A stretch of 42,314 nucleotides of DNA. Origin: Chthonomonadales bacterium (GTDB taxonomy: Bacteria; Armatimonadota; Chthonomonadetes; Chthonomonadales; CAJBBX01). The position numbers and the translations under genes are program-made. Shown here piece after piece: positions 18,486 through 28,121 of the stretch. The notes below the pieces were generated by a model. It saw only the letters and a list, made by a program, of their open reading frames with translations. It was not told the DNA's origin and did not search any database. Position 1 is the first letter of the stretch. Each line of letters begins with the position of its first letter. The stretch spans positions 81,984 through 124,297 of the forward strand of contig JBBIPC010000009.1 of assembly GCA_037443035.1 (NCBI GenBank). The letters run 5' to 3'.

Positions 18486-21400
18486 ATGGGCATTGCCGTT
18501 ACCATAGCGTTCTTTGCAGCGGTCGCCATTCCTGTCTCGGGAGGACAAACTGTGAGCTACGCACTCGACCATATTCCCCCCTCGTACAATCTTGTCGCCT
18601 ATGACGACTGTGGCAGACCCGCACGCCAGCCCCATATCCGTGCCGAGGGCGTGCATACCTACTCGCCGACCCACGTACAGGCTGACGATCGAATCCGGTC
18701 CGTGGCGTGGGGATGGCGGGAGGTCCAGGCCGTGTACGAGAATCTGAGCCCCGCACTCAGCTATGTGGTAGCGGTGACGTACGCAAACGAGCCATTCAAC
18801 AACCGCGTTCAGAGCCTGTACGCCGGCGATATCCAGCTCCATGGGCCGCGCCCATTGCCGAGGGGTGGATTCGAGCGGCTCGTGTATCGTGTTCCCCAGG
18901 AGGCTATACACAACGGGCGCCTGGTTCTTTCGTTTCGACTGGAAGGACAGGTGAATGTCGTCGTCTCCGCTGTGGAGCTCTGGGCACCGTTGCCCTCTCC
19001 TGAGGTGCTCCACATTGCGGACGTTTCTGCATTGTGGAAGGACCTGGAAGGTCAGGTCCTCGACCTGCGGTGGGATCCTGTGGCGGATGCCAAGGTTCAA
19101 CTGCTCGCGAAGCCCTCCGCACAACCATTCGCGGAGGTGTACACGGACGCGGAGGGCCGCTTTCGTGTTCCCAGGGCTGCATTAGGGCGGAACGTTACTG
19201 GCGGCGGGCTTACGCTGCTGGCGAGGAAAGCCAACCTGGAAGCCAGAGCGACTTTGGCCAAAGAGGACCTGGATTTCGAGCCTGTACGCTATCGGCCGCA
19301 ACCGGCGGCAGTACAAGGCATACGCCGCCCCGTGCTATCGCTCGACGGCACCTGGCGCATGCGTGCCGATGATCCCCAGACCGCTCGTGCTTCGAATCTG
19401 GACGCGCCGGAGTGGCGGCCATTCCGTGTTCCGGGACAGTGGCTTCAGCAGGGACTCGACGTGCCCATGGACCGACCAGTCTCGGTGGCAAGGGTGTTCG
19501 ATGTACCGGCGAGCTGGCATGGACGCCGCATCATCTTGCGTTTCGACTCCGTCCATGCCGGAACGAAGTACTACCTCAACGGTCAACTGCTTGGCTACAG
19601 CGAGAACCTCTTCACGCCGGTGGAGTGGGATGTTTCGCATGCGGTACGGGTCGGCGAGAAGAACCGCCTCGATATGGAGATGGTTGTGGACACGCCTTCG
19701 GAGCGGCTCTCCTATGCATCTGGCTACGCGTTCCACAACGTCGGTGGCATTGACCGTTCGGTACGGCTTTTCGTGCTTCCGCAGACGTACCTCCGCGCCC
19801 TCCGGCTCGATGCAGGGCTCGACTCGGACTACCGCAATGGTCGGCTACGTGTTCGAGGGGACGTCCGAGGCGTGGCGAGTGGCAGCGTTTGCCTGGAAGT
19901 ACGACTGACCGATGCGGGTGGCGGCTTGCTGGCCAGCAAGCGCGCACAGGTACCCACGGGGTCTGCCGACGCTGACCATCGAGCCGTCCTCGAGATGACC
20001 GTCGAGGTGCCCCGTGTCCACCCATGGAGCGCAGAGAAGCCTGTCCTTTACACCGCAAACGTGGACCTGCGCGACGGCAAGGCCGTGCTGGAACGACTCG
20101 TTTATCCGGTAGGCTTCCGCACGGTGGAGATACGGGGATCCCAACTGCTTGTCAACGGGCGGCCCGTGAAGCTGGCTGGAGCATGCCGCCACGAGACCGA
20201 TCCTCTGACAGGCCGTGCTGCCACTGTGCGACATGCTAGAGAGGACGTCCGCCTGATGAAGGAGGCGAACCTCAACTACATCCGCACCGCGCATTATCCA
20301 CCGACCCAGGAGCTTCTGGACGAGGCCGACCGGCAGGGCATGTACGTGGAGGTCGAGGCCCCTTTCTGCTGGGTGGGTGAAGAGGACTACACACATCTCC
20401 GTCAGGTGCTTACCCCCACGTCGGCAATGGTGGATTACCATCATCGCCATCCCAGCGTCATCGTCTGGTCTCTCGCCAACGAGTCCTCCTTCAACCCGTG
20501 CTTCGAGGTCTCCAATCGTCTGGTGAAGGACCTCGACCCTTCCCGACCAACCACGTTCAACAACCCGGACCCCAAGCGCATCTGCGATATCGCCAATGTC
20601 CACTATCCGCCCATGCCTTTCGACGCCTATGCCGCGGACGATCCGCGGCCGCTGTTCCTTGGCGAGTACTTCTTCCCTCTGTGTCATGAGCAGACGGATG
20701 TGCGCAGGAACCCGGGCCTCCGTGAACTATGGGGTGCTGGCCACAGCGACCCGGAGTCGGAGTACGCCAAGTCGTGCGCGGCGGAGTTCGGCCAGCCCTA
20801 CATGCAGCCCGGAGAACCGCCTGGCGCTTGGACCCACATCGTTCGATCCGATCGCGTCATCGGCGGCGCCATCTGGGCTGCCTTCGATGAGCCCTTCTAT
20901 CTGCCCAACGGTAAGCGCGCTGGATACGCGTGGGTACATGGTTTCTGGGGTCTCCTGGACGGATGGCGTCGCCCCAAGCCAGAGTGGTGGCTCGCACGGA
21001 ACATCTTCAGCCCAGTCTGGTTCCCTGTACGTCGGATACCATTCGCTGCGGGCACCAAGAGCATCACCCTACCGTTGGAGAACCGCTACGCATTCACGGA
21101 CCTCTCGGAACTCCGGTTCCGCTGGGTGGTCGGCAATGCTCATGGTGAAGCACGGACCGCCGTACCGCCGGGCGGCACCGGTGCGATTACGATTCCTGTC
21201 CCAGCTGGTGCCCAGCCGGGCGACATGGTAGTGGTGGAAGCCCAACGAGACCAACGTTCGATCGTCACGTATACCGGCTGGCTGGACGGTCCACGTTTCC
21301 CGGCTCCACCTGAACCTAGCTCCGGCGCTCCAGAGGTCCGCCGTGATGGCAACCTGCTGCGTATCGCCGGAGATACTTTCTCACTGGTCGTGAATACGGT

Positions 21401-22133
21401 GACAGGAGAGTGCAGTAGTGGGTCTTCCGGTGGTCTGCTGCGTCTACCCAGCCCACATCTAACCCGTTTCGACTTCGGCGACCTCTGGGGCGCCCAGCCG
21501 CCGTTCGCTGTCGTGCCGGACGCGGCGTCTCGGCGCATCGAGGCGGTAGAGACGGTGGCAGACCGACATCACGTCATTCTCCGCATCACGGATGCGTTCG
21601 CTGACTACGCCGGCGTTACGACGATCCGCCTGGACCGGAAAGGTGTCGCGACTCTCGACTACGACTATGCCTATACCGGCGCGGATTTCTATGCGCGGGA
21701 GATCGGGATTCGCGTTCCCTTCGAGGGGACGAGGTGGAAGCTACGTTGGAATCGTTGGTCCGAGTGGGGCAGTCCCCCTGACGATACGATCATGCGGGTG
21801 CGGGGCGAGGCAAGGCCCTATCGCGGCAATCGAGCCTCCCGCATCCCTGAATCGGTTCCGCCGAAGTGGCCGTGGATGGCGGATGAGACGGAAGAGGGCA
21901 CGGCGGACTTTCGCGGTGTCAAGTTGAATGTCCTCGAGGCGTCTCTACTCTCGAGGACGGGCGCCGGGCTCACTCTCTACGCCAAGGCCGACGCGCACAT
22001 CCGGGCCGCCGTGGAGGGAGGCAACGTAATGCTGTACCTGTTGAACCGCTGCGCCATCGGTCCCCGTCTAGTACGGCACGGCGACCGCCTCAGCGGCAGG
22101 TTCACGGTACGCTTGGAGGGAGGCAAGCCCTAG
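18486..22133 (+). CDS. Secreted GH2 glycoside hydrolase (beta-galactosidase-like) with extra N-terminal domains
   Basis: GGAGG RBS before ATG 18486 and signal peptide; LRFDSV, GFRTVEI, GACRHE, IRTAHYP, WSLANE (acid/base), LGEY (nucleophile), GGAIWAAFD. Confidence 0.88.
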   Translation: MGIAVTIAFFAAVAIPVSGGQTVSYALDHIPPSYNLVAYDDCGRPARQPHIRAEGVHTYSPTHVQADDRIRSVAWGWREVQAVYENLSPALSYVVAVTYANEPFNNRVQSLYAGDIQLHGPRPLPRGGFERLVYRVPQEAIHNGRLVLSFRLEGQVNVVVSAVELWAPLPSPEVLHIADVSALWKDLEGQVLDLRWDPVADAKVQLLAKPSAQPFAEVYTDAEGRFRVPRAALGRNVTGGGLTLLARKANLEARATLAKEDLDFEPVRYRPQPAAVQGIRRPVLSLDGTWRMRADDPQTARASNLDAPEWRPFRVPGQWLQQGLDVPMDRPVSVARVFDVPASWHGRRIILRFDSVHAGTKYYLNGQLLGYSENLFTPVEWDVSHAVRVGEKNRLDMEMVVDTPSERLSYASGYAFHNVGGIDRSVRLFVLPQTYLRALRLDAGLDSDYRNGRLRVRGDVRGVASGSVCLEVRLTDAGGGLLASKRAQVPTGSADADHRAVLEMTVEVPRVHPWSAEKPVLYTANVDLRDGKAVLERLVYPVGFRTVEIRGSQLLVNGRPVKLAGACRHETDPLTGRAATVRHAREDVRLMKEANLNYIRTAHYPPTQELLDEADRQGMYVEVEAPFCWVGEEDYTHLRQVLTPTSAMVDYHHRHPSVIVWSLANESSFNPCFEVSNRLVKDLDPSRPTTFNNPDPKRICDIANVHYPPMPFDAYAADDPRPLFLGEYFFPLCHEQTDVRRNPGLRELWGAGHSDPESEYAKSCAAEFGQPYMQPGEPPGAWTHIVRSDRVIGGAIWAAFDEPFYLPNGKRAGYAWVHGFWGLLDGWRRPKPEWWLARNIFSPVWFPVRRIPFAAGTKSITLPLENRYAFTDLSELRFRWVVGNAHGEARTAVPPGGTGAITIPVPAGAQPGDMVVVEAQRDQRSIVTYTGWLDGPRFPAPPEPSSGAPEVRRDGNLLRIAGDTFSLVVNTVTGECSSGSSGGLLRLPSPHLTRFDFGDLWGAQPPFAVVPDAASRRIEAVETVADRHHVILRITDAFADYAGVTTIRLDRKGVATLDYDYAYTGADFYAREIGIRVPFEGTRWKLRWNRWSEWGSPPDDTIMRVRGEARPYRGNRASRIPESVPPKWPWMADETEEGTADFRGVKLNVLEASLLSRTGAGLTLYAKADAHIRAAVEGGNVMLYLLNRCAIGPRLVRHGDRLSGRFTVRLEGGKP

Positions 22134-22138
22134 GGATT

Positions 22139-23113
22139 CTACAACCAGCGAATCCTTCGCAGATAGGCTGCAAGCGCCCCGCCAACCACAACCATGAGGC
22201 CGAGCGTCCCGAAATATCCATACCGCCACTCCAACTCCGGCATGTAGCGGAAGTTCATGCCGTAGATGCCGGCGATCAGTGCCAGGGTCATGAGGATGGC
22301 GGAGATGCTCGTCAGGGTTTTCATGACCTGATTGAGGCGATTGCTGATCTGAGCGAGCTGGGCCTCCAGGGCACCGGTGAGTATGTCACGATGGAGGTCT
22401 ACCTGCTCCACGAGCCGTAGCGTGTGGTCGTAGACGTCCTGCAGGTACACGCGCGTCGCTGCGGGTACGAGGTCCAAGTCCGTTCGCAAGAGGCTGTTGG
22501 CCAGATCCCGCATGGGCGCAAGGGTCTGGCGAAGCCGCAGCAGACGATGCTTCAGGGTGAGTGCAGGACCCATGTCGAGCGTTCCGTCCGGATCGAATGC
22601 GGTGTCCTCGATCCTGTCAATCTCCTCATCCAGAGCATCCATGACGGGGAAGTAGCCGTCCACGACCGTATCGAAGAGCACGTAGAAGAGAAACGCAGGC
22701 TCCTCGGGGATGCGTCCGGGCCGCTGTTCCCAGCGGGTCCTCGTCTCAGCTACCGCCGGGCAGTCTTTGCGATGGATCGTCACCAGGTACCGCGGACCCA
22801 GGAATACGTCTATCTCCTGCGCGGCCGTCTCTTCGCCAGCTAAGTCCGATGCCTCGGCGGTATGGGCCCGCATCGTGACGAACAGGTAGCCGTCGTACTC
22901 GTCCATCTTCGCCCGCTGGTTCTGCTTCCGAGCGTCCTCCATGGCCAGAGGATGGAAGCTGAACTGCGATTCGAGGAGGCGCCAGTCCTCTTCGGTGGGA
23001 TCCGTGACATCCACCCATAACAACTCCGGTCCGTTGCGCAACGTCTCGGCAATACGTTCTGGCGGGAGGTCCCGGTGGACAGCACCTGCGCGGCATAGAT
23101 CGACGTGGATCAT
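22139..23113 (-). CDS. corA: CorA family Mg2+/Co2+ transporter
   Basis: FHPLAMED, QRAKMD, YLQDVYDH, YGMNF signature plus MPEL, two C-terminal TM helices. Confidence 0.95.
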   Translation of the reverse strand: MIHVDLCRAGAVHRDLPPERIAETLRNGPELLWVDVTDPTEEDWRLLESQFSFHPLAMEDARKQNQRAKMDEYDGYLFVTMRAHTAEASDLAGEETAAQEIDVFLGPRYLVTIHRKDCPAVAETRTRWEQRPGRIPEEPAFLFYVLFDTVVDGYFPVMDALDEEIDRIEDTAFDPDGTLDMGPALTLKHRLLRLRQTLAPMRDLANSLLRTDLDLVPAATRVYLQDVYDHTLRLVEQVDLHRDILTGALEAQLAQISNRLNQVMKTLTSISAILMTLALIAGIYGMNFRYMPELEWRYGYFGTLGLMVVVGGALAAYLRRIRWL

Positions 23114-23120
23114 GGGGATA

Positions 23121-24218
23121 TCACCTCACCGCAAGTTCTTTCGACAGGTTCAGGTAGCGCTCGATGCCTTCTGGCGTCACGTTCCACGGGATGTGGTTGC
23201 CAATGCACATGAAGTAGCCACCGGTCATTCTCGCTGTCTCCACCATGCTTCGAACCATGGCTTCGATCTCGTCGGGATCGTTACGGGTGAGAACGCGATT
23301 GTCCCCTTCCCCTGCCAGCGTGACGTTCTCGTGTTTCCGTGCGATGGCTTTGAAATCGGTGTACGGTTCCGTTACGATGCCTCTGGCGCCGCACGCGAGC
23401 ACGTCGTCGGCATAAGCATCCATGTTCCCGTCCGACATGAAGATAACGTGCTTGCCCGCGTCTCGCAGAATGCTCCAGAACTCCTCGTACCGCGGAAAGA
23501 TGTATTTGCACATCCATTTGGGCGAGCACACGGGCCCGCGCGTGTTCACGATGTCGTCATGGCAGATGACGAAGTTCACGGGCAGCCGCGCGAACGTGCG
23601 GAAGACGCGGCGGTTGATCTCGGCGAACTCGTCCATCACTCGCTCGAATCGATGATCGAGGCAACACTGGAGGAATAAGTCCCACCCGAACGTGAGCAAC
23701 GGCCACATGAACATGGTGTTGTAGAAACCTACGGAAGACGTGGACCCCTCAGGCGCTCGATCGCCCCACTCGGCGGGATAGTGGCGTCGGTATTCGCGAT
23801 ACAACCGCTCCTCGTCTGAGTAGTCACGAGACTCCACGACAGGAACGTTCGTGAAGTCGGCATGTTCCAGCGGTGAGAAAGCGAGGACCTCGTCGGGCGT
23901 AGCGAAGTTCTTTCCCCAGTCCCAGTGCCAGCTCTCCGAGTCGCCCCACCTGATGGAATGCCTCCCCTGCTCATCCACCATGCTACTCGCATTGTCGAGA
24001 TCCAGGCGTGGACGCGGTCTCGGATCGTCCGTCTCCGGCACTGGCAGGTTCAGCTCCGGATAGAGCTCCCGCAGGCGTAAACGGCAGAGACGAGGGTGTT
24101 CGTAGTAGTCTATGCCCGTCAGGTAGGTCTCCGCGTCCGGACACGACCAGTGCTCCCAGTGGGGTATGCGGTGTGGCCCGAGACCCAGGAAGGCCATGTA
24201 CTGGTCGGAGTACTCCAT
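23121..24218 (-). CDS. Uroporphyrinogen decarboxylase / MtaA-CmuA-like TIM-barrel protein
   Basis: ICHDDI, YIFPRY, FMSDGN, GGYFMCIGNHIP, typical URO-D/methyltransferase fold C-terminus; ATG 24218 with GGAGG RBS. Confidence 0.75.
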   Translation of the reverse strand: MEYSDQYMAFLGLGPHRIPHWEHWSCPDAETYLTGIDYYEHPRLCRLRLRELYPELNLPVPETDDPRPRPRLDLDNASSMVDEQGRHSIRWGDSESWHWDWGKNFATPDEVLAFSPLEHADFTNVPVVESRDYSDEERLYREYRRHYPAEWGDRAPEGSTSSVGFYNTMFMWPLLTFGWDLFLQCCLDHRFERVMDEFAEINRRVFRTFARLPVNFVICHDDIVNTRGPVCSPKWMCKYIFPRYEEFWSILRDAGKHVIFMSDGNMDAYADDVLACGARGIVTEPYTDFKAIARKHENVTLAGEGDNRVLTRNDPDEIEAMVRSMVETARMTGGYFMCIGNHIPWNVTPEGIERYLNLSKELAVR

Positions 24219-24359
24219 GCCTGCACCTCCCGCGGAATGTCCGCCGAAAAGCTCGCTCGGCAACGCGCCGAGCTACCAGCATTATGCTTCAAGATCGTTC
24301 GGGACGCGTCTAGGCATCGCGATGATGCATAGTCCGTCGCAGAGTCCTGGCACGCAGAG

Positions 24360-26330
24360 TCACCACATATGATGCAGGTAGGGCGAGACATTCCGCAGGC
24401 CGAGAACGGTGGCGGCAAGCCCCCAGAACGTGACTGCGCATGCATCGCCGATGACAAGGCCCACGAAAAACGGCATGGCCTTCCAGTAGGCGCGCAGCCC
24501 TCCGTAGCGGATGAGAAGCGTCTTCACAACCCAGACAACGAGGAAGATGGCCCAAATGTACTCCATGGCGTAGGAGACTGCCAGAACATAGCCCAGAGGG
24601 TGAAGAGGGAAGCCCAGGAACGCATTGCGGAGGGCAGCCACGCTCAGCGCAACAAGAAACGAAACGCCTGCCGCAGTCAACGCCGGCGCCTGCGGGTTCT
24701 GCGGCGCGTCCACCCACGATGCGGCCCGATTCCACGCCTCGTGGGCCACCCCGATCTGCCAACCTAGCACTTTGGCCGTACCGCCTCCGTAGGTGTAGTA
24801 CACTTGGAGGGTGGTGATCAGCCCCACGACGACGCCTATGACTGTGGCGACGCCAAGTATGGGACCCGTGCTCGATAGCCCCACGCCGGTAAGTCGGGCG
24901 AACCGCATCGTCTCCACTTGATGCCCCATGGGATGCTGACGATAGCACCGATTGAACCAGAAGAAGTGCGTCAACACCGTCTTGTCAGCCATGGACAGCG
25001 TACGCGCGCCAGCGAACGTTACGATGGCGCTCTCAGGATTGAAGAAGTAGAACTCGAGCAGTGGTGCTCCGACCTGCGCGTAGATCCGGGTCATGACCAC
25101 GGTGGCCAGTAGATAGATGGAGTAGAAGACGATGGCCACCCACGGTGTCATCCCTGCCACGATGGCAAAGACCACTAGTAGCGGCGCGCTCAGCAGCAGG
25201 CCCAGGAGAGCCATGCGATAGCTCATGACCTCGTTCGAGTCGTCTGGTTCCCGCGACCGACCCAGCGCACGACGCATCACCCGCAACAGATAGCGGAGTG
25301 AACCCCTCAGAAGCACAATGAGCGCCGCTGCGAAGGCGCCGTAGGTGATCTCGCGGATGTAGGGAAACGCTCCCCCACCTGCTCCCCATCCGTAGACCAC
25401 CCATTGCATCTCGAAGAGCTTGCGCAGCAGATAGAAGCACCAGCAACTGAAGAGGAGGTCGGCAGGCATGAGGAATGCCAGTCCGATGCCCATGGGCTGC
25501 CAGCTCAAGTAGAGTGGCTGGAGCGCATTCCATGGGGGAGTTGGCATGAGCCGTACCAGGTTGAAGACATTGAGTTGTACTCCAGGTACAGAGGGGTAGA
25601 GGCCATGAATCACATTCAGCGACTCTACACAAAACGGGATGGTCACGCCCAGCAGGAGCGCTCTGCTTCGAAACAGCGAGCGGACGTCGCCTTCCTGCGC
25701 CATGAGCAGGGGTACTTGGAGGATGGGGAAGGTCAACCTTTCTTCGTCCACCCAGCGACGGCGCATGATGACGTTCATACAGAGCATCGTCCATGCGATG
25801 ACGATGAGGAGTCCGCTCCACACGGCCACGGGTACCAGCCAGGCTCGCCAGACTTGCGGCGCAAAGAAGCTCGACTGGCCTGCGAAGAACGCCTTGACCA
25901 CAGCGGGATCCGACGGGGCCAACCAGCTCGGGATGTACGAGAAGAAGCGGCTCCACCGGTTGGCCTCGTTGGCATAGTGGAATGGCAGCATGAGAATGGG
26001 CGGTAGGTTCTGCGTAAGATCGAAGCCAGCCATGACGCTGGAGACCGTGATCAACGTGAAAAACGCCATCAGTTCGGACGACCGCAGACGCCAAGCCGGA
26101 CGAAATCGAGTTGCCACGCTGTTGTAGACCAGCAAGAGCAGCAGAATGGCCACCGCGCTCGATACCAAGGACGCCGCGGAGACCGAGGTACCCAGGTGCC
26201 CCCAGACCGTCTCTTCGTGGACGAGCCAGATGGTGTGAAGGACCGCCAGAGCGACGCCTACCGCCAGGGCTGGCAGTCGGATGGGACGATGCGCTATGTC
26301 CGCGTCAGACGTCATGGGCATCGTTGCCAC
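24360..26330 (-). CDS. Multi-pass membrane protein, DUF6785/DUF6784-like (putative peptide transporter)
   Basis: 656 aa, many TM helices; RRRWVDEERLTFPILQVPL, PADLLFSCW, FPLHPLGY, IRYGG, PFFVGLVIGD motifs. Start uncertain. Confidence 0.75.
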   Translation of the reverse strand: MATMPMTSDADIAHRPIRLPALAVGVALAVLHTIWLVHEETVWGHLGTSVSAASLVSSAVAILLLLLVYNSVATRFRPAWRLRSSELMAFFTLITVSSVMAGFDLTQNLPPILMLPFHYANEANRWSRFFSYIPSWLAPSDPAVVKAFFAGQSSFFAPQVWRAWLVPVAVWSGLLIVIAWTMLCMNVIMRRRWVDEERLTFPILQVPLLMAQEGDVRSLFRSRALLLGVTIPFCVESLNVIHGLYPSVPGVQLNVFNLVRLMPTPPWNALQPLYLSWQPMGIGLAFLMPADLLFSCWCFYLLRKLFEMQWVVYGWGAGGGAFPYIREITYGAFAAALIVLLRGSLRYLLRVMRRALGRSREPDDSNEVMSYRMALLGLLLSAPLLVVFAIVAGMTPWVAIVFYSIYLLATVVMTRIYAQVGAPLLEFYFFNPESAIVTFAGARTLSMADKTVLTHFFWFNRCYRQHPMGHQVETMRFARLTGVGLSSTGPILGVATVIGVVVGLITTLQVYYTYGGGTAKVLGWQIGVAHEAWNRAASWVDAPQNPQAPALTAAGVSFLVALSVAALRNAFLGFPLHPLGYVLAVSYAMEYIWAIFLVVWVVKTLLIRYGGLRAYWKAMPFFVGLVIGDACAVTFWGLAATVLGLRNVSPYLHHMW

Positions 26331-26421
26331 GGTCGTGTCGTGCCGTCGTGCGCTGCTTCCTCGAAGGGCGTGGTGGGTGCCACCTGCTCGAGTCGAGACA
26401 GCGCTTCAGCAAGTCGAAGAG

Positions 26422-26461
26422 AGTGTACCCTTGTCTCGCAGGCGCCAAATCCGAGTACACT
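26422..26461. promoter_or_regulatory. Divergent promoter pair (DUF6785 gene / ubiquitin-like operon)
   Basis: Inverted repeat AGTGTAC (26422-26428) ... GTACACT (26455-26461) gives a TACACT -10 hexamer on each strand; no SD before ATG 26472. Confidence 0.35.
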
Positions 26462-26471
26462 TGTCCCATCC

Positions 26472-26828
26472 ATGTCCGATCTGCCGCAGCTCGACCGATT
26501 TGTCCGTGACGCAACACGTTTCGCCCTGCGAGCGTACCGGCAGGCGCGCCAGTGGCTGGAGCAGACGCTCACAGATGCGGGAGTGCTCGAGCCAAAGTCG
26601 CCGGCCATCTTGTGGGTGGATCGTTCGCCTGGCGTCGTAGCCGGCAAGCATGGCCGTGCCGGACGTGTGGATCCCGTGACGGGTGTGACGATCGAGACTG
26701 GCGATCGCGTGTGCGTCTGCTCCAGTTGCGATTCGACCTTCCTTGCCTCGACGTGGGAGGAAATACAACGCAGCGGCTCCTCGGCGTGTCCCATCTGTCA
26801 CGCACGCAGGAGCATCCACCCACTCTAG
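26472..26828 (+). CDS. Degenerate prokaryotic RING finger (Prok-RING-like) protein, candidate E3
   Basis: DPVTGVTIETGDRVCVCSSCDSTFLASTWEEIQRSGSSACPIC follows Prok-RING spacing (CPxC..GD..VxCxxC..xHxxCW...C); CSSC and CPIC are kept, the other ligand positions are D/T/L/T. First gene of the E1-Ubl-E2-JAB cluster. Confidence 0.6.
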   Translation: MSDLPQLDRFVRDATRFALRAYRQARQWLEQTLTDAGVLEPKSPAILWVDRSPGVVAGKHGRAGRVDPVTGVTIETGDRVCVCSSCDSTFLASTWEEIQRSGSSACPICHARRSIHPL

Positions 26829-26887
26829 CTTGCCAGCATCGGCGGACTGCGCGCGAGTATCACGAGAGGGAGTACAGCACAATCGTC

Positions 26888-28048
26888 ATGGAAACATCGT
26901 GGATGCCGCTGCAGCCAGACCGCTATGCCCGGCATCGCCTTATCGAGTGGTGGGATCAGGAAGCGCTAGCGCGGGCAGCCGTCATGGTCGTTGGATGTGG
27001 CGCGCTCGGCAGCGAGGTTGTGCGTTTGCTGGCACTGGTCGGGGTCGGGCGTGTTCTGGCCGTGGATCCCGATCGGATCGAACTGCACAATCTCACGCGT
27101 GGAGTGTTCTTCCGCGCCGGGGATGTGGGCCGATACAAGGCCGTCGTCACGGCGCGCCGAGCAGCTGCACTGAATCCCGATATGGCAATCGAGCCCATCG
27201 TGGGACGTTTGGAGACCCACGTTGGTCTCGGGCTCCTCCGCGAGATGTCAGTGCTCGCCTGCTGTGTGGACAGTATCGGCGCACGCGTGGCCGCCAACAG
27301 CATGTGCTATCGTGCTGGCGTGCCCTGGGTCAACGGCGGCATCTCGCCCACGGCAGGCGAGGTCACTGCCTTTGGCGCATCCAGTCCGCCCTGCTATGGC
27401 TGTACCGTGTCGGACGAAATGTGGGAACGAGAACAGCTCGTCCATACGTGCAGAGGATTTCGTGCCGCGGGCGGGGGACCGCCGGCAGCCACGACCGCAA
27501 CGGTCGCCTCTGTCATTGCCGCATTCCAGGTGCAGCAGATTCTCACCAGGCTCAGCCCTCACCACTCGGCGCCCATTTGCCTGGGCGACGGGCAGAAGGT
27601 CTATATCTCGCTGAGCCCGCCGGCCTTCATGGTGAGTACCATCGTGCCGTCGCCTACTTGCGGCTTCCATGAGGTCTGGACACCCGACACGGTGCTGTCG
27701 GAAGGTCCAGATGAACTCACCGTTCAGGACCTGCTGGGCGCCTGCGGCTGCCCTGGCGGCAGCTTGGAGCTCGAGCGCGAGATACTCCTGCACGTACGCT
27801 ACCCGTGTTGTGACCGACGAAGACACATGGGTAGACCGTTGTGGAGCTACACCGAAGAGGTCCTCCAATGCCCGACATGCGGCAGCGAGTCCGGAGAGGC
27901 TGTTACGCTCTCGTCCGTCCGTGGAGGGACGAAGTACAGCCACAGACCCCTCGCGAATCTGGGTGTGCCGAAACGAGATATACTGGCCATCCGTCCTTCA
28001 GATAAGGAATGCGTCCGCTACGTGGAGATCGGCCCGCGGACCATGTGA
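26888..28048 (+). CDS. E1-like ubiquitin-activating enzyme (ThiF family) with extended Cys-rich C-terminus
   Basis: DRYARH, VGCGALGSE (nucleotide binding), DPDRIELHNLTRG, CVDS...R, CYGC Zn pair, putative catalytic Cys in HTC (27449-27451), CGFH, then CC/CPTC Zn ribbon and LANLGVP tail. Start 26888 or 26903. Confidence 0.88.
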   Translation: METSWMPLQPDRYARHRLIEWWDQEALARAAVMVVGCGALGSEVVRLLALVGVGRVLAVDPDRIELHNLTRGVFFRAGDVGRYKAVVTARRAAALNPDMAIEPIVGRLETHVGLGLLREMSVLACCVDSIGARVAANSMCYRAGVPWVNGGISPTAGEVTAFGASSPPCYGCTVSDEMWEREQLVHTCRGFRAAGGGPPAATTATVASVIAAFQVQQILTRLSPHHSAPICLGDGQKVYISLSPPAFMVSTIVPSPTCGFHEVWTPDTVLSEGPDELTVQDLLGACGCPGGSLELEREILLHVRYPCCDRRRHMGRPLWSYTEEVLQCPTCGSESGEAVTLSSVRGGTKYSHRPLANLGVPKRDILAIRPSDKECVRYVEIGPRTM

Positions 28049-28121
28049 GGCTTATCACCCTGCCGACAACGAGAAGGCCATGCGGATTCTCACCCCGAAT
28101 ACTGGCCGAGGAGGTGCACCG

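Noticed and set aside
18290..18529. Overlapping 5' extensions of the RCC1 (to 18529) and GH2 (from 18417) ORFs
   Set aside because: GGAGG RBSs and signal peptides place the starts at 18289 and 18486, leaving a normal divergent intergenic region.
27669..28121. Long N-terminal extension of the Ubl ORF in the ORF track
   Set aside because: Overlaps the E1 gene in another frame; the strong RBS marks ATG 28122/28125.
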